DNA of 35,118 bases. It comes from a virus (taxonomy: Duplodnaviria; Caudoviricetes). The notes beneath the pieces were generated by a model. That model was not told the DNA's origin. It saw only the letters and a program-made list of their open reading frames with translations, and did no database searches. Shown in pieces: positions 15,935-25,225 of the stretch. A program made the position numbers and the translations under genes. The stretch lies in IMG/VR virus record IMGVR_UViG_3300046786_000093, positions 1 through 35,118 of that record; one strand, given 5' to 3'. Positions within the stretch are counted from its first letter, which is position 1; each line of letters opens with the position of its first letter.

Positions 15935-16170
15935 TGAGTGACTTAGTAGCAGCAGATGAATTACGCCTGTTGATTGAGCGCATTGAGAATTTAGAGGCCG
16001 ACAAGCGTGGCGTGCTGGAAGACATTAAGAACGTCTATTCCGAAGCCAAGAGCCGTGGGTTCGATCCCAAGATTATGCGCCAGATTATCAAGCTGCGTGC
16101 GATGGAAAGCCACGAACGACAGGAATGGGAAGCTGTTCTCGATACCTACATTGCAGCGTTGGGGATGTAA
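15934..16170 (+). CDS. gapR: GapR/DUF2312 nucleoid-associated protein
   Basis: AADELRLLIERIENLE...DIKNVYSEAKSRGFDPKIMRQIIKLR...LDTYIAALGM. Confidence 0.9.
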   Translation: MSDLVAADELRLLIERIENLEADKRGVLEDIKNVYSEAKSRGFDPKIMRQIIKLRAMESHERQEWEAVLDTYIAALGM

Positions 16171-16171
16171 G

Positions 16172-16555
16172 ATGCAGAAAATATTCATTACAGGCGGCGT
16201 GGGCCGCGATGCAGAACTAAAGCAGACCAAAGCAGGCGAAGACGTTCTGACGTTCCCTGTTGGCGTTTCTCAGGGCTATGGTGACAACAAGACGACCAAC
16301 TGGTTCCGCTGCAATATGTGGGGCAAGCGTGCGCGCAATCTTCAGCAGTATCTGCTGAAAGGTGCTAAGGTAGCCGTGTCTGGTTCCTTGTCTATTGGGG
16401 AATATGAAGGTAAAGCTCAGTTTAACGTCACTGTAGACGAAGTTGAGTTTATGTCGCGTGCTGAGAATGCAGAGCGTAAACCAACGGCGCATGACAAGGC
16501 CAAGGCTAATGGATACCAGCCTGACAACTACCTTGACGACGATACGCCGTTTTGA
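16172..16555 (+). CDS. ssb: Single-stranded DNA-binding protein
   Basis: ITGGVGRDAEL, TNWFRC, YLLKGAKVAVSG and an acidic DDDTPF tail. Confidence 0.92.
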   Translation: MQKIFITGGVGRDAELKQTKAGEDVLTFPVGVSQGYGDNKTTNWFRCNMWGKRARNLQQYLLKGAKVAVSGSLSIGEYEGKAQFNVTVDEVEFMSRAENAERKPTAHDKAKANGYQPDNYLDDDTPF

Positions 16556-16779
16556 TGGCGGAGATTGATATGGCAGCCTTGCAAGAAGCCCGTGAGAAAG
16601 TCGCAAAAGCCTATCGTGAAGGCTCAGTGGTATATCGTGGCGTGCTTACAGGGCAGTGGGATAATGGTGAGCTAGTGCAGACCGCGCTACGGGAGATTAT
16701 CAACGCTGGTGGAGACTACGCTCGTCTTCCAGAAGAATTACCTCCTGAGACACCATTAAATGCTATTGACGACGAGTGA
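16555..16779 (+). CDS. Hypothetical protein
   Basis: Coupled ORF and last gene of the + arm. Confidence 0.6.
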   Translation: MAEIDMAALQEAREKVAKAYREGSVVYRGVLTGQWDNGELVQTALREIINAGGDYARLPEELPPETPLNAIDDE

Positions 16780-16832
16780 GAAATAACTAGATTAGAGAGG
16801 CTTGCCACACAAGCATCCTCTCGTTGTTGGGG

Positions 16833-16876
16833 AAAGGGTCGGACACCGTTGGGGGACTGTCCGGCCCTTTTCTTTT
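16833..16876 (+). terminator. Intrinsic terminator of the + arm
   Basis: AAAGGGTCGGACA / TGTCCGGCCCTTT stem followed by a T-rich tract. Confidence 0.7.
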
Positions 16877-17006
16877 GTGATTTATTTTTGTCCCATCCCG
16901 ACAACTAAAATGGCTTTATGGTATATGTCAGTAGGATGTTGTTTCGGGGGTTCCAGCATCCAACGTGCCGGGGCGGTGGTGTATCGGGATCTGCATCACT
17001 GCCCCA

Positions 17007-17126
17007 TTACCGCAAGTGTGACTTCGGTCCCAGCTTCTTGCGATGGCGCAGGCCAACTGGTTGATGGCGGCGCTTCTTACGCTGCTGTGGTGTCCAAGGA
17101 GTTTCTTTGGAAGCCTTTTTAGCCAT
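17007..17126 (-). CDS. 39-aa highly basic peptide
   Basis: Translated by hand: MAKKASKETPWTPQQRKKRRHQPVGLRHRKKLGPKSHLR; TGATG overlap with the SLT gene. Confidence 0.55.
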   Translation of the reverse strand: MAKKASKETPWTPQQRKKRRHQPVGLRHRKKLGPKSHLR

Positions 17127-17710
17127 CAGAATAATCCGTCTAAGATGCCTGGTGTTTTCTTGGTGCTTTTGCGCTTCTTCCCGCCCATGCCAATTTTTGC
17201 TAAGAGCGATGCAAAGCTGCTTTCAGTTTCGCCTGCAACATCAAAAGGCGTAGGCTCTTCCAGCTTTAGCGTAAGAGGTTTGCCAACTTCTGAGCGTGCA
17301 AGAGGCTTTGCAGCGTCAGTAATTGGCTTTGTGACTGGAGCAATAGCAGCCTGGAACTTACGGACGTAATCCTGTGTTTCCTTAAATGGCGGAATGCCAT
17401 CGTATTTACGGACATTACCAGGGCCAGCGTTATATGCGGCAGCAGCAAGAACAGGGTCGCCAAACTGCTTAAATAGCTTTTTGAAATACATCACTCCGCC
17501 ACGGATATTATCCTTCGGGTCGTTGATGTTTACGCCCTGCTCCTTTGCTGTCGCTGGCATAAGCTGCATAGGACCAATAGCCCCTGCGCGTGAACGGCCA
17601 ATGTTAATACCACCAGAGCTTTCATTCATGATGATAGCTTTGATGTATTCACGGGGAACGCCCTGCCGATCAGCTTCCTGAAGGGCAAAGTTTACCATTT
17701 TCTTATCCAT
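17126..17710 (-). CDS. Lytic transglycosylase (SLT), probably virion-associated
   Basis: ESSG catalytic Glu, GAIGPMQLMPATA, AAYNAGPGNV and PPFKETQDYV motifs. Confidence 0.92.
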   Translation of the reverse strand: MDKKMVNFALQEADRQGVPREYIKAIIMNESSGGINIGRSRAGAIGPMQLMPATAKEQGVNINDPKDNIRGGVMYFKKLFKQFGDPVLAAAAYNAGPGNVRKYDGIPPFKETQDYVRKFQAAIAPVTKPITDAAKPLARSEVGKPLTLKLEEPTPFDVAGETESSFASLLAKIGMGGKKRKSTKKTPGILDGLF

Positions 17711-20364
17711 TAACGGCCACCCGAATATACGTTGATAAGAGCCTGCTGTTCTGGCGTGAGCATAGCCGGACGATTGCTAAAGTCTTGCTCCGGCGTAATG
17801 TAGTCCAAACCAGCAGCCATACCGACAGATCGGCCAAGTTGCGGGTTGCGGGCAAGATAATCAGACAATGCTGTCACAGCCGCAGGACGCTCACCGAGAA
17901 GCGTCTTAGCAATGGCTTTCGTGCCAAGGCGTGAATATGGAAGTGAAGCCAAGCCAGCAGTTCCAAGGCCAAGGATAGCGCCCAGCATTGGGTTGCCGAC
18001 CATAGCGCCAAGTGCGCCACCAGTTCCGCCGCCACCAGCAAGAAGGCTCATCATGCCAGTGCGTGCAGATGTTCCGCTTTCAGCGAGAGTGGCAGGAAGA
18101 ACAGTGGTCATCGCCTCCGATAAGCCGCCTGCACCGCCAATATCAGACGGACCATACTTAGCTTCAGATTGACGAACCTTCGCAGCAAGTCCTGATGGCG
18201 TGAATACACCTGGCGAACCAGCCTTTGTTTCCGCTGCCGTAATGGCATTGGTTACAATACGGCTTTCACGATACGCCTTATCGGCTGCCTTGTAGGCATC
18301 GTAGAGTGTCGGAGCCTGACGTTTTGCAAGACCATCAAATAAAGCCCCCTCGATGCCATCAATAATATCAACAGCACCCTTTGATCCAGGGAGTTGCTCA
18401 ATCTTAGACCGTTCAGCCTGAATGCTACGCTTGATAGCCTGAAGGTTCTCGCCGCTGATTTGGCCGTTGCTGTCAATAAACGGAGCAACATTGTCGCGCC
18501 AAATGTTTTTAACGCTACGAAGAGCTTCAGGGTCATTTGCGCCAATTTTACCTAGCTTTGCGTTAATTTTACGCTGCGCCTGCTTAAATTGCGTATCCGT
18601 AACCAACTGCATAGGCTGAAGTGCCGCATCATATGCTGCGCCAGTGGCTGCATCCAATTGCTCACGCAGAGCCAAGCCAGTCTCAGTGATGCCACCTTGT
18701 GCTTGTTCACCGAGCGAAGATACGGAACGACGACCAGCAGCCAAATTAGCAGCCAGAATGCCCTCGTTGCGGCGCTCTGTGATTGCTGGACCAACAATGG
18801 GAACGCCAGTAGCAGCCTGTTCGCGCAATGCTACTTCACGACCAAAGCGGCCACCAGTTTCTTGACCGATTTGACCAGGTGTCGGAACAATGCCTTCGCG
18901 CATAAGCTGACGCGACATTGGAGCAGTGCCAGCCGGAAGACCTTGGATTAGGCGATTTGCAATACGCTGCCCAACAGCACCAGTAGCTGCAAATGCAGGA
19001 GATGTAGCACCGCCAACAAGTGCGCCACGAAGACGTTGGTCTGGACCAGCTTCAGCAGCGCCTAATGCAGCACCAGCAGCCGTTTCTCCAAGAATTGCAC
19101 GAGCAGCAGGGGAAAGTTGCGATAGCGTCCGTGCGCGGGCAATAGCACCAGCCGGAGCCGCAGCAGCGCCAACACCACCAGCCAATTCAGCAGCCATACC
19201 AAGCGCGCCCTGCTGTTCACGCAGAAGCTGAATACGGCGAGTAGCAGCATCACGAGCCATTTGGTATGCAGGACTAAATTCACGGCCCTGAAGAACAGCG
19301 CCAATGCCAGCGCCTAGACCTGACGCTTCATCAGCAAACCCTGTGCCAGCGGCAAAACGCTCAAAGTATGGACTTGGCGCGCCAGTAAGGCTTTCAGCCT
19401 GCATCTTAGCGAGTTGCTTGTTACGCTCGTCAAGTTGCTTTTCGTATGTTGCATCCGCCTTCTGATAGGAGATAGCGCCAGCAATGGGCTTACCTTCCTT
19501 CTTAGCATTAAACAGACGATTACCTTCAGCCAGCGAAAGCTCACGATATTTATCGTCAACATTCACACCAGCTTCGGTTGCAGCGCGAGTTACAAGGTCG
19601 GCATAGCCAGTAGGTGTAAACTTGTCGCTGTTAACGTAGTTTACAAGTTCCTGTTCACGCTCCGGCGAGAAGCGGTAACTCTTTGCGCCACCAGTTTCAG
19701 GGCCAACTGCAGGAGCAACGGACTTGGTATCAATGATGCCCATTTCAGCATCATATGACTTCAGAAGAGTTTTATACGGCTTACCAGCGTGCGTCCCGAT
19801 TACGTTCTTAGGATTGATATTCAAATCTTTAGCGCGTGCGGCTGCATCCTCTCGAACGAGGTTGTATGCAGCATTACGGGCAAGCAAAAGTTGCGTCAGT
19901 TCATCACGAACATATTTGCGCTGCTGGGCGGTCAAATCACCACCACCAGCAAGTTGCTTCTTGATGAATGTATCAAGACGATCAGCAATTGCGGCTGCCT
20001 GCGAATAACCTTCTCGCTCACCATTTAAAACACCCGTTGTAGGGTCTGTCAGCTTTGCGGCATAGGTGACAAGGTTGCGGTCACCCATTGTATTGGGCTT
20101 TGTGCGAAGCGCAGCAACGTAGATAGGCATTGAGGCTTCGTAGACCTGAACACCCTTGTCAGCTTTATATGCGTTAGACAGTGCAATAGTAGGGCTAACC
20201 TCACCAAAGCGCGCTTCCTGTTCTTCCTTTGCGGCCTGAGCGGGTGTGCGTGGAGCAGGTCGATCTTCTGGCTTTCCAGCGATAATACGAGGACCGCCAG
20301 ACGTTGCCGGTTGACCAGTATTAAGCTGACTAAGAATACGCGGATCGGTAATTTCAGTTGCCAT
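17710..20364 (-). CDS. Large DNA ejection (internal virion) protein
   Basis: 884 aa, Ala/Gly-rich with GxxxG hydrophobic segments; third gene of the ejection cluster. Confidence 0.65.
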   Translation of the reverse strand: MATEITDPRILSQLNTGQPATSGGPRIIAGKPEDRPAPRTPAQAAKEEQEARFGEVSPTIALSNAYKADKGVQVYEASMPIYVAALRTKPNTMGDRNLVTYAAKLTDPTTGVLNGEREGYSQAAAIADRLDTFIKKQLAGGGDLTAQQRKYVRDELTQLLLARNAAYNLVREDAAARAKDLNINPKNVIGTHAGKPYKTLLKSYDAEMGIIDTKSVAPAVGPETGGAKSYRFSPEREQELVNYVNSDKFTPTGYADLVTRAATEAGVNVDDKYRELSLAEGNRLFNAKKEGKPIAGAISYQKADATYEKQLDERNKQLAKMQAESLTGAPSPYFERFAAGTGFADEASGLGAGIGAVLQGREFSPAYQMARDAATRRIQLLREQQGALGMAAELAGGVGAAAAPAGAIARARTLSQLSPAARAILGETAAGAALGAAEAGPDQRLRGALVGGATSPAFAATGAVGQRIANRLIQGLPAGTAPMSRQLMREGIVPTPGQIGQETGGRFGREVALREQAATGVPIVGPAITERRNEGILAANLAAGRRSVSSLGEQAQGGITETGLALREQLDAATGAAYDAALQPMQLVTDTQFKQAQRKINAKLGKIGANDPEALRSVKNIWRDNVAPFIDSNGQISGENLQAIKRSIQAERSKIEQLPGSKGAVDIIDGIEGALFDGLAKRQAPTLYDAYKAADKAYRESRIVTNAITAAETKAGSPGVFTPSGLAAKVRQSEAKYGPSDIGGAGGLSEAMTTVLPATLAESGTSARTGMMSLLAGGGGTGGALGAMVGNPMLGAILGLGTAGLASLPYSRLGTKAIAKTLLGERPAAVTALSDYLARNPQLGRSVGMAAGLDYITPEQDFSNRPAMLTPEQQALINVYSGGR

Positions 20365-20373
20365 GCTGGTTTC

Positions 20374-21066
20374 CTAAATGGTGTAGGCTTTTCCGCCAAT
20401 GATGATGGCGCGTTTCGCTTCGCCCGTATCTGGGTCTTTGTATTCCTGATAAGAAATTTGCATTCCCGGTATTTCTGCAGTTCCCTGCGGTGTCTGAATA
20501 TATTTAGCCTGCCCATATGCAGCGGTAATATATGCCTTATAAGCATCAGAACCCGGCTTCAGACCAAGGCTAACCGCCTCTTTTTCAGCAGACGTTGCGC
20601 CATACTCACGCGGGGCAAGCTTCTTCAGAAGATATTCTTCTTTGCCCTTATCAGTGAGTGACATGAACAGGTCACGTTCAGCAGGATCGGTAATCCGCGC
20701 AGCGCCACTTTGCAGGAATGCTTCACGCTGTGCTTTTTCAGCAGCCGCCCTGCGAAGCTCCTGAATTTGCAACTGGCCTTGAATTTCCGCCATCTTTTGT
20801 TGCTGAATGCTCTGAATAACTTGCTGGGGAGTTGTCTGGCTACCACGAGATACTGATTTAAGAAGCGCGCCAAGAGCAGACAGTTTATCACCGCTACTGA
20901 GCGTCCCCTTCAAATCGCCGCTCATAAGCTGAAGCAGACGATTGGCAAGGTCTGGCTGACTGCCAGTAGCAGGAGTAGCTGTAGTCACAGGAGATGTGTT
21001 AAGAAACTGTGGGTTGTAAGAACGCACAGCCCTTGATTGAGCAAAGCTGAGAGGATCAATAGCCAT
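20374..21066 (-). CDS. Putative DNA ejection protein
   Basis: Position in the cluster; Gln-rich helical sequence. Confidence 0.55.
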   Translation of the reverse strand: MAIDPLSFAQSRAVRSYNPQFLNTSPVTTATPATGSQPDLANRLLQLMSGDLKGTLSSGDKLSALGALLKSVSRGSQTTPQQVIQSIQQQKMAEIQGQLQIQELRRAAAEKAQREAFLQSGAARITDPAERDLFMSLTDKGKEEYLLKKLAPREYGATSAEKEAVSLGLKPGSDAYKAYITAAYGQAKYIQTPQGTAEIPGMQISYQEYKDPDTGEAKRAIIIGGKAYTI

Positions 21067-21068
21067 GA

Positions 21069-21932
21069 TTAGAAAATCCCCAGTTTCTTGAGGCCGCCAA
21101 GGATGCCAACAACATCACCAGCCGTGCCAAGGAAGCCCTGTCCAGGCGCAGTTGTCGTCTGAGTTGTCGATGTGAGTGCTGGCGTTCCAGCGATACCAGA
21201 TTGCAGGATTTTAAGTTGCTCGACAGGATAGCCGCGCTGTGCAAGGAAGTCCTGATAGGCCAGATCAAGGTTCTGCTGTGCCATCTGACGTTGTGCTTGT
21301 CCAGCCTGTGCCAACATCTGCTGACGAGCCTGTTCTTGAGACAATGCCTGCGCGCCAAATCCAGCCAATTGCGCGGCCCCAGCAAGTTGCTGTGAAGGCA
21401 ACTGCGATGCCAAGCCAGCGGCCTGTCCGTAACCCTGCTGATACAGGTTAGCCAGCATCTGCTGCGTGTTCAAATCCTGCTCTGCAGCCAACTGGGCTTC
21501 GTAAACCCCACGGCGCTCGTTACCGAATGCACGGGCTGAAGCAAGGCGGGCACGGGTTTCAGCGTCACGCTCTGCACGGGTCTGAGCCAAACGGCGCATA
21601 GTCGCGTCTACAACGCTCTCCTGATACGGAGACATAAAGCCACGGACGTTTTGCTGGAACTGGGCGGGAGAGTAACCAGCGGCCATCTGAGCGGCCTGTG
21701 TGGCCTGTTCAAGCTGGGGAGCGCCTACACGGCCTAGAGCGGCCTGTTCTGCCATCTGGAAGGCTTGCTGCTCCTGCGGGCGGAACTGAGCAATCCGAGG
21801 ACCAGTATAAGCCTGATACGGGATTGATGCTACGTTCTGTGCAGCCGTGAACCCACGGGTCAACAAATCCTGAACAAATGGATTTAGCTGCTGCGTTGTC
21901 TGCTGTGTCGCAGTCTGACCGCCCTTAGACAT
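21069..21932 (-). CDS. Putative DNA ejection/pilot protein
   Basis: MSKGGQTATQQTT N-terminus, YQAYTGPRIA, ARAFG; Q/A-rich with a glycine-rich C-terminus. Confidence 0.65.
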   Translation of the reverse strand: MSKGGQTATQQTTQQLNPFVQDLLTRGFTAAQNVASIPYQAYTGPRIAQFRPQEQQAFQMAEQAALGRVGAPQLEQATQAAQMAAGYSPAQFQQNVRGFMSPYQESVVDATMRRLAQTRAERDAETRARLASARAFGNERRGVYEAQLAAEQDLNTQQMLANLYQQGYGQAAGLASQLPSQQLAGAAQLAGFGAQALSQEQARQQMLAQAGQAQRQMAQQNLDLAYQDFLAQRGYPVEQLKILQSGIAGTPALTSTTQTTTAPGQGFLGTAGDVVGILGGLKKLGIF

Positions 21933-21934
21933 AC

Positions 21935-22303
21935 TTAAAGCTCCTTAGCGATGGTGGTGCATACTTCTTTCCACCCATCTCGCTCGAAAATCCTTACCCA
22001 ACCCCGTCTACCAGATATTGACATAGAATTACAGCCAATAGTTTTAGCATACGCTCTTACCGACTTCTCCATCTCTAGGAGTTCGTTTAAATCACCACCC
22101 GCCAAGAAAATGTGCATTGTCTTCTTCTGCGGATAGATTTGCACTTCAGTTATGATTGCCGACTTATCGCCGGGCCAAAACTGAAACGTTCCGTCAACTA
22201 TACCATTCCAGATGTCATCCAGAGTATGTGTTCCTTTGGCATATTCCAGAGCATCTTCAATATACTTACGCCGAGCGTGAAACTGCTCGTAAACTGGGAT
22301 CAC
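21935..22303 (-). CDS. Acetyltransferase-like virion assembly protein
   Basis: HIFLAGGDL...YAKTIGC...GRRGW; occupies the typical podovirus position before the ejection genes. Confidence 0.6.
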   Translation of the reverse strand: MIPVYEQFHARRKYIEDALEYAKGTHTLDDIWNGIVDGTFQFWPGDKSAIITEVQIYPQKKTMHIFLAGGDLNELLEMEKSVRAYAKTIGCNSMSISGRRGWVRIFERDGWKEVCTTIAKEL

Positions 22304-23412
22304 TGCTGCACCTGCGTAACTGCAACGTGGGCTGTGGGCGAAGATGGTGCAAACGCTGTGGCCGCAACATTCGTCGGCTGAAGCCCAGTGTCATTTACTG
22401 CCCACATAAGTTCAACGTAGTCGTTCACGCCAAGCGATACGAAGTCGTTAATGGCAAGAACAGTATAGCCACCGCTGTCCTTCAGAGAGCCTACAGCCGT
22501 GCTTGAGCCGATATTCGTTGTCCCGTTCTTGCGCAGCCACATCCACGCAGATTTAGCGTTGGAGTTGGCAGATGAAAACTGGATACGGGCAGCAAAGTTG
22601 TAGAGGCCGCTGTGAGCCACTGTCAGGCGCGTTGTGGGGCTTCCTGTAAGTGTAATCCCCTCAGTGATGACTGTGGTGTCCCAAGCAAGCGCATATGCCG
22701 TATTAGCTGCCGCTGGCGTAATCGTCGTGTTCTTGGTGAACTGGCCGTTATAGTATTGCTGCTCAATTGAAGGGCGGACAAATATCTCTCCGTCCGTTGT
22801 TCCTACTTTTAATACGGCAGCAACAGGAACAACATTGTCAGGAGCGGTTGGCTTAACATTTGTAAACGCACCAGCAGTTGTGGGTGATGCGTAAAGGATG
22901 TCTCCCACGCTAAACGCGCTGGTATTGACACCACGAACGTGGCCAAATGTAGTGCAATAACCTACTTCACCGCTATCTGGCAGCTCGTGAGTTAGAACGC
23001 CTAGAATGTAGAGCGTTGGCGTAGACCCATCTGCAAGGTATTTTGTGACTGACAGCACGTTGTTCGCGCCAACACCGGAGAAGCCGACAACAGTCCCATT
23101 TGGAAGCGTCGAGCCTGTCATGTTTTCTACGCGGGCATAAACCTCTTGACCGATCTGCTGGATAACGCCGTATTCCATGCCAAGGTCAAGCGTCCCATCT
23201 AGCGCATTCCACGACAGGCTTCCAGTTGTCGGCGTGTGCGTATCCGTTGTGACAAACGACGCATCGGACGCGATGAGTTTTGCAGGTTGGTAAACGCCTA
23301 CGTCTTGGCCTTTGATATAGGTCGTCCCCGCAAACAGCTCAATCAAGCGGTTGCGCTGCGCCTCATAGGCAGCATTATATGTGCCGGGAGGTGGCGGGAG
23401 CTTTAGTGTCAC
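22300..23412 (-). CDS. Tail-associated protein (needle/spike-like, beta-rich C-terminal domain)
   Basis: Follows the nozzle gene; SGLYNFAARIQF...DYVELMW resembles a C1q-like head domain. Confidence 0.55.
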   Translation of the reverse strand: MTLKLPPPPGTYNAAYEAQRNRLIELFAGTTYIKGQDVGVYQPAKLIASDASFVTTDTHTPTTGSLSWNALDGTLDLGMEYGVIQQIGQEVYARVENMTGSTLPNGTVVGFSGVGANNVLSVTKYLADGSTPTLYILGVLTHELPDSGEVGYCTTFGHVRGVNTSAFSVGDILYASPTTAGAFTNVKPTAPDNVVPVAAVLKVGTTDGEIFVRPSIEQQYYNGQFTKNTTITPAAANTAYALAWDTTVITEGITLTGSPTTRLTVAHSGLYNFAARIQFSSANSNAKSAWMWLRKNGTTNIGSSTAVGSLKDSGGYTVLAINDFVSLGVNDYVELMWAVNDTGLQPTNVAATAFAPSSPTAHVAVTQVQQ

Positions 23413-24893
23413 CTACGGCCCCCAGCAACGGCATTCACGCGCTGCGTGCCTACACGCCAACTCGTTGCGGGCGCTGTGGTTGTAACGCGCATCTTAACCT
23501 GACGGCCATTAAAGCGAACGGATGTCGGATTAGCCAATGTGTAAGGCCCATAAGACGTTTCTTCGCTGTTAGGATAGTAGCGCGTCTTGAATGTGGCAAC
23601 GACACCGCCCTGATTTTTCTCATCAGGGATTAGCTCGTTAATATACATGATATTATCGCCATTGCCGATCTGCACTGGGCCGCTTTCCGCATAAGGCAGC
23701 GCGCTGTCGTAGTTTAGGCCAACTTCGTGGTCATAGATGTAGCCGTTTGCACCAACCATAATTGGGTTGCGGAATACGCTGCGGTCTGTTCCGCAAGTGC
23801 GAGCAAGCGTGCCAATCGTCCAGTGGTTTTCAACGTAATCCCACGCAACGTAGCTGTCGTTCTCGTTCGAGTTAGCGGACGGATAGAACCACCAAACTTC
23901 GTTATACTGTGCGTTGTTTACAGCGTAGACCTTAGAGATTTGGTTCGTGTTGATGTTGTTAAAGACGTAATCATAGACTTCGCACGGAAGCGGCTTGACG
24001 TAGCCATCATACATATGGAAGCCCTTCTGGCCCATCCATACGGCTGCGTTATCAAGAACAGCTACCGCGTTTGCAGATACGATGCCGCACGCACGGCCTG
24101 CAATTTCGAATGTGTAGACAAACGGCTGGCCGACATAGGTTCCAACGTGTGCGTCAATGTCAGTCAGAATAAGGTTCTGGCCGCGAACACGCTTGGCGCA
24201 GATAATCTTACCTGTCGTCTGAAGGATTTGGCTGCCAGCAAGATTGGTGGATGATGCAGTCCAGAAAGTGTTGTTTTCGAGATCAGACCACGCAACCTTA
24301 CGAGCGTTACCATCAGCGCCCAGAGCGAATACAGAGCGTTCAGCAGTGACAAGTATGCCTTGACACCCAGTTGGTGAGTTGGCGATCTGCGCAGCTTTAG
24401 TTGGCGTTGAAGCGTCAAGTTGCCATTCGTATAGCTTTCCGTCAGACGTAGAGCAGCCGACGAGATACTCGCCCCAAGTATCAAAGCTCCATGTTGTCGC
24501 GGGGGTTACAGAACCAGCATCAGGACGAGGTGTGCCGTAATAGCCAGCACTATAGTTGCCAATCCCGTAACCAGCGCCCGTTGAAGCATCGTCTGATCCA
24601 GCCGTAAATCCAGTTGGTGTAACATCCACCAACCCGCTGGATTGTGTCATAACATATAGCTTAGAGGAAGTGCCAATTCCGGCAAAACGAACGCCAGAGT
24701 TTGTCTTCCATGTTAAGAGGCCACGAGCCTTGCCTGTGAGCGTTCCATTGCCACGCCGCTCCCAGCCGCCAACAGGCTCCATAGCGCCCTCAGTCCAACG
24801 GACGAGGTTTACGTCATACCAACGCCCAGCAGACTGAAGCTCAGTGCCGCTGCGATAAACGCCGGGAGGAATTGTCAGCGGAAGAAGGGCCAT
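23409..24893 (-). CDS. Tail nozzle / DNA stabilisation protein (beta-propeller)
   Basis: 494 aa; IPPGVYR..T, WSFDTWGEYL, VAWSD.EN and NEVWWFYPS motifs. Confidence 0.7.
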   Translation of the reverse strand: MALLPLTIPPGVYRSGTELQSAGRWYDVNLVRWTEGAMEPVGGWERRGNGTLTGKARGLLTWKTNSGVRFAGIGTSSKLYVMTQSSGLVDVTPTGFTAGSDDASTGAGYGIGNYSAGYYGTPRPDAGSVTPATTWSFDTWGEYLVGCSTSDGKLYEWQLDASTPTKAAQIANSPTGCQGILVTAERSVFALGADGNARKVAWSDLENNTFWTASSTNLAGSQILQTTGKIICAKRVRGQNLILTDIDAHVGTYVGQPFVYTFEIAGRACGIVSANAVAVLDNAAVWMGQKGFHMYDGYVKPLPCEVYDYVFNNINTNQISKVYAVNNAQYNEVWWFYPSANSNENDSYVAWDYVENHWTIGTLARTCGTDRSVFRNPIMVGANGYIYDHEVGLNYDSALPYAESGPVQIGNGDNIMYINELIPDEKNQGGVVATFKTRYYPNSEETSYGPYTLANPTSVRFNGRQVKMRVTTTAPATSWRVGTQRVNAVAGGRR

Positions 24894-24895
24894 AG

Positions 24896-25225
24896 CTACT
24901 CATCATCGTCGGGAGTGAACCTAAACACAATCTCTATATCATCTTCGTCCTCATTTTGCCATGCCTCTGCCATTAGGGCGGCGTAAGCAATAGCATCCTC
25001 AGAACTGTCCTGATGCCAATGAGGCGTTTGAGCCTGACGAGACAGCTTCAGAAGCAGCATAAACAGCCATCCTTCATGCTCTGATAGGATGTTTCCCGTT
25101 AGAACGTTGAAGGCAGCTACAGTGCGCCCCATGCTGCGCTCACCTTCTGGGCTATCATATTCTTGCCCACGTTCGAGCATGAGATCAGCGGCGCGCTCAA
25201 GAAACTCAATAGCTGAGATCGTCAT
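24896..25225 (-). CDS. DUF6378-like (nucleotide hydrolase-like) protein
   Basis: ERGQEYD...FMLLLKLSR...HQDSSEDAIAYAAL; RBS GGAGG before ATG 25225. Confidence 0.7.
   Translation of the reverse strand: MTISAIEFLERAADLMLERGQEYDSPEGERSMGRTVAAFNVLTGNILSEHEGWLFMLLLKLSRQAQTPHWHQDSSEDAIAYAALMAEAWQNEDEDDIEIVFRFTPDDDE

Noticed and set aside
13178-16171. Long N-terminal extensions in the ORF track (starts 13178, 15163, 16007)
   Set aside because: They overlap upstream genes. Starts at 13250, 15322 and 16172 fit family N-termini and gene coupling better.
16780-17125. Possible tRNA, and + strand ORF 16802-17122
   Set aside because: No cloverleaf or T-loop consensus. The ORF crosses a terminator and opposes a better-supported - strand peptide.
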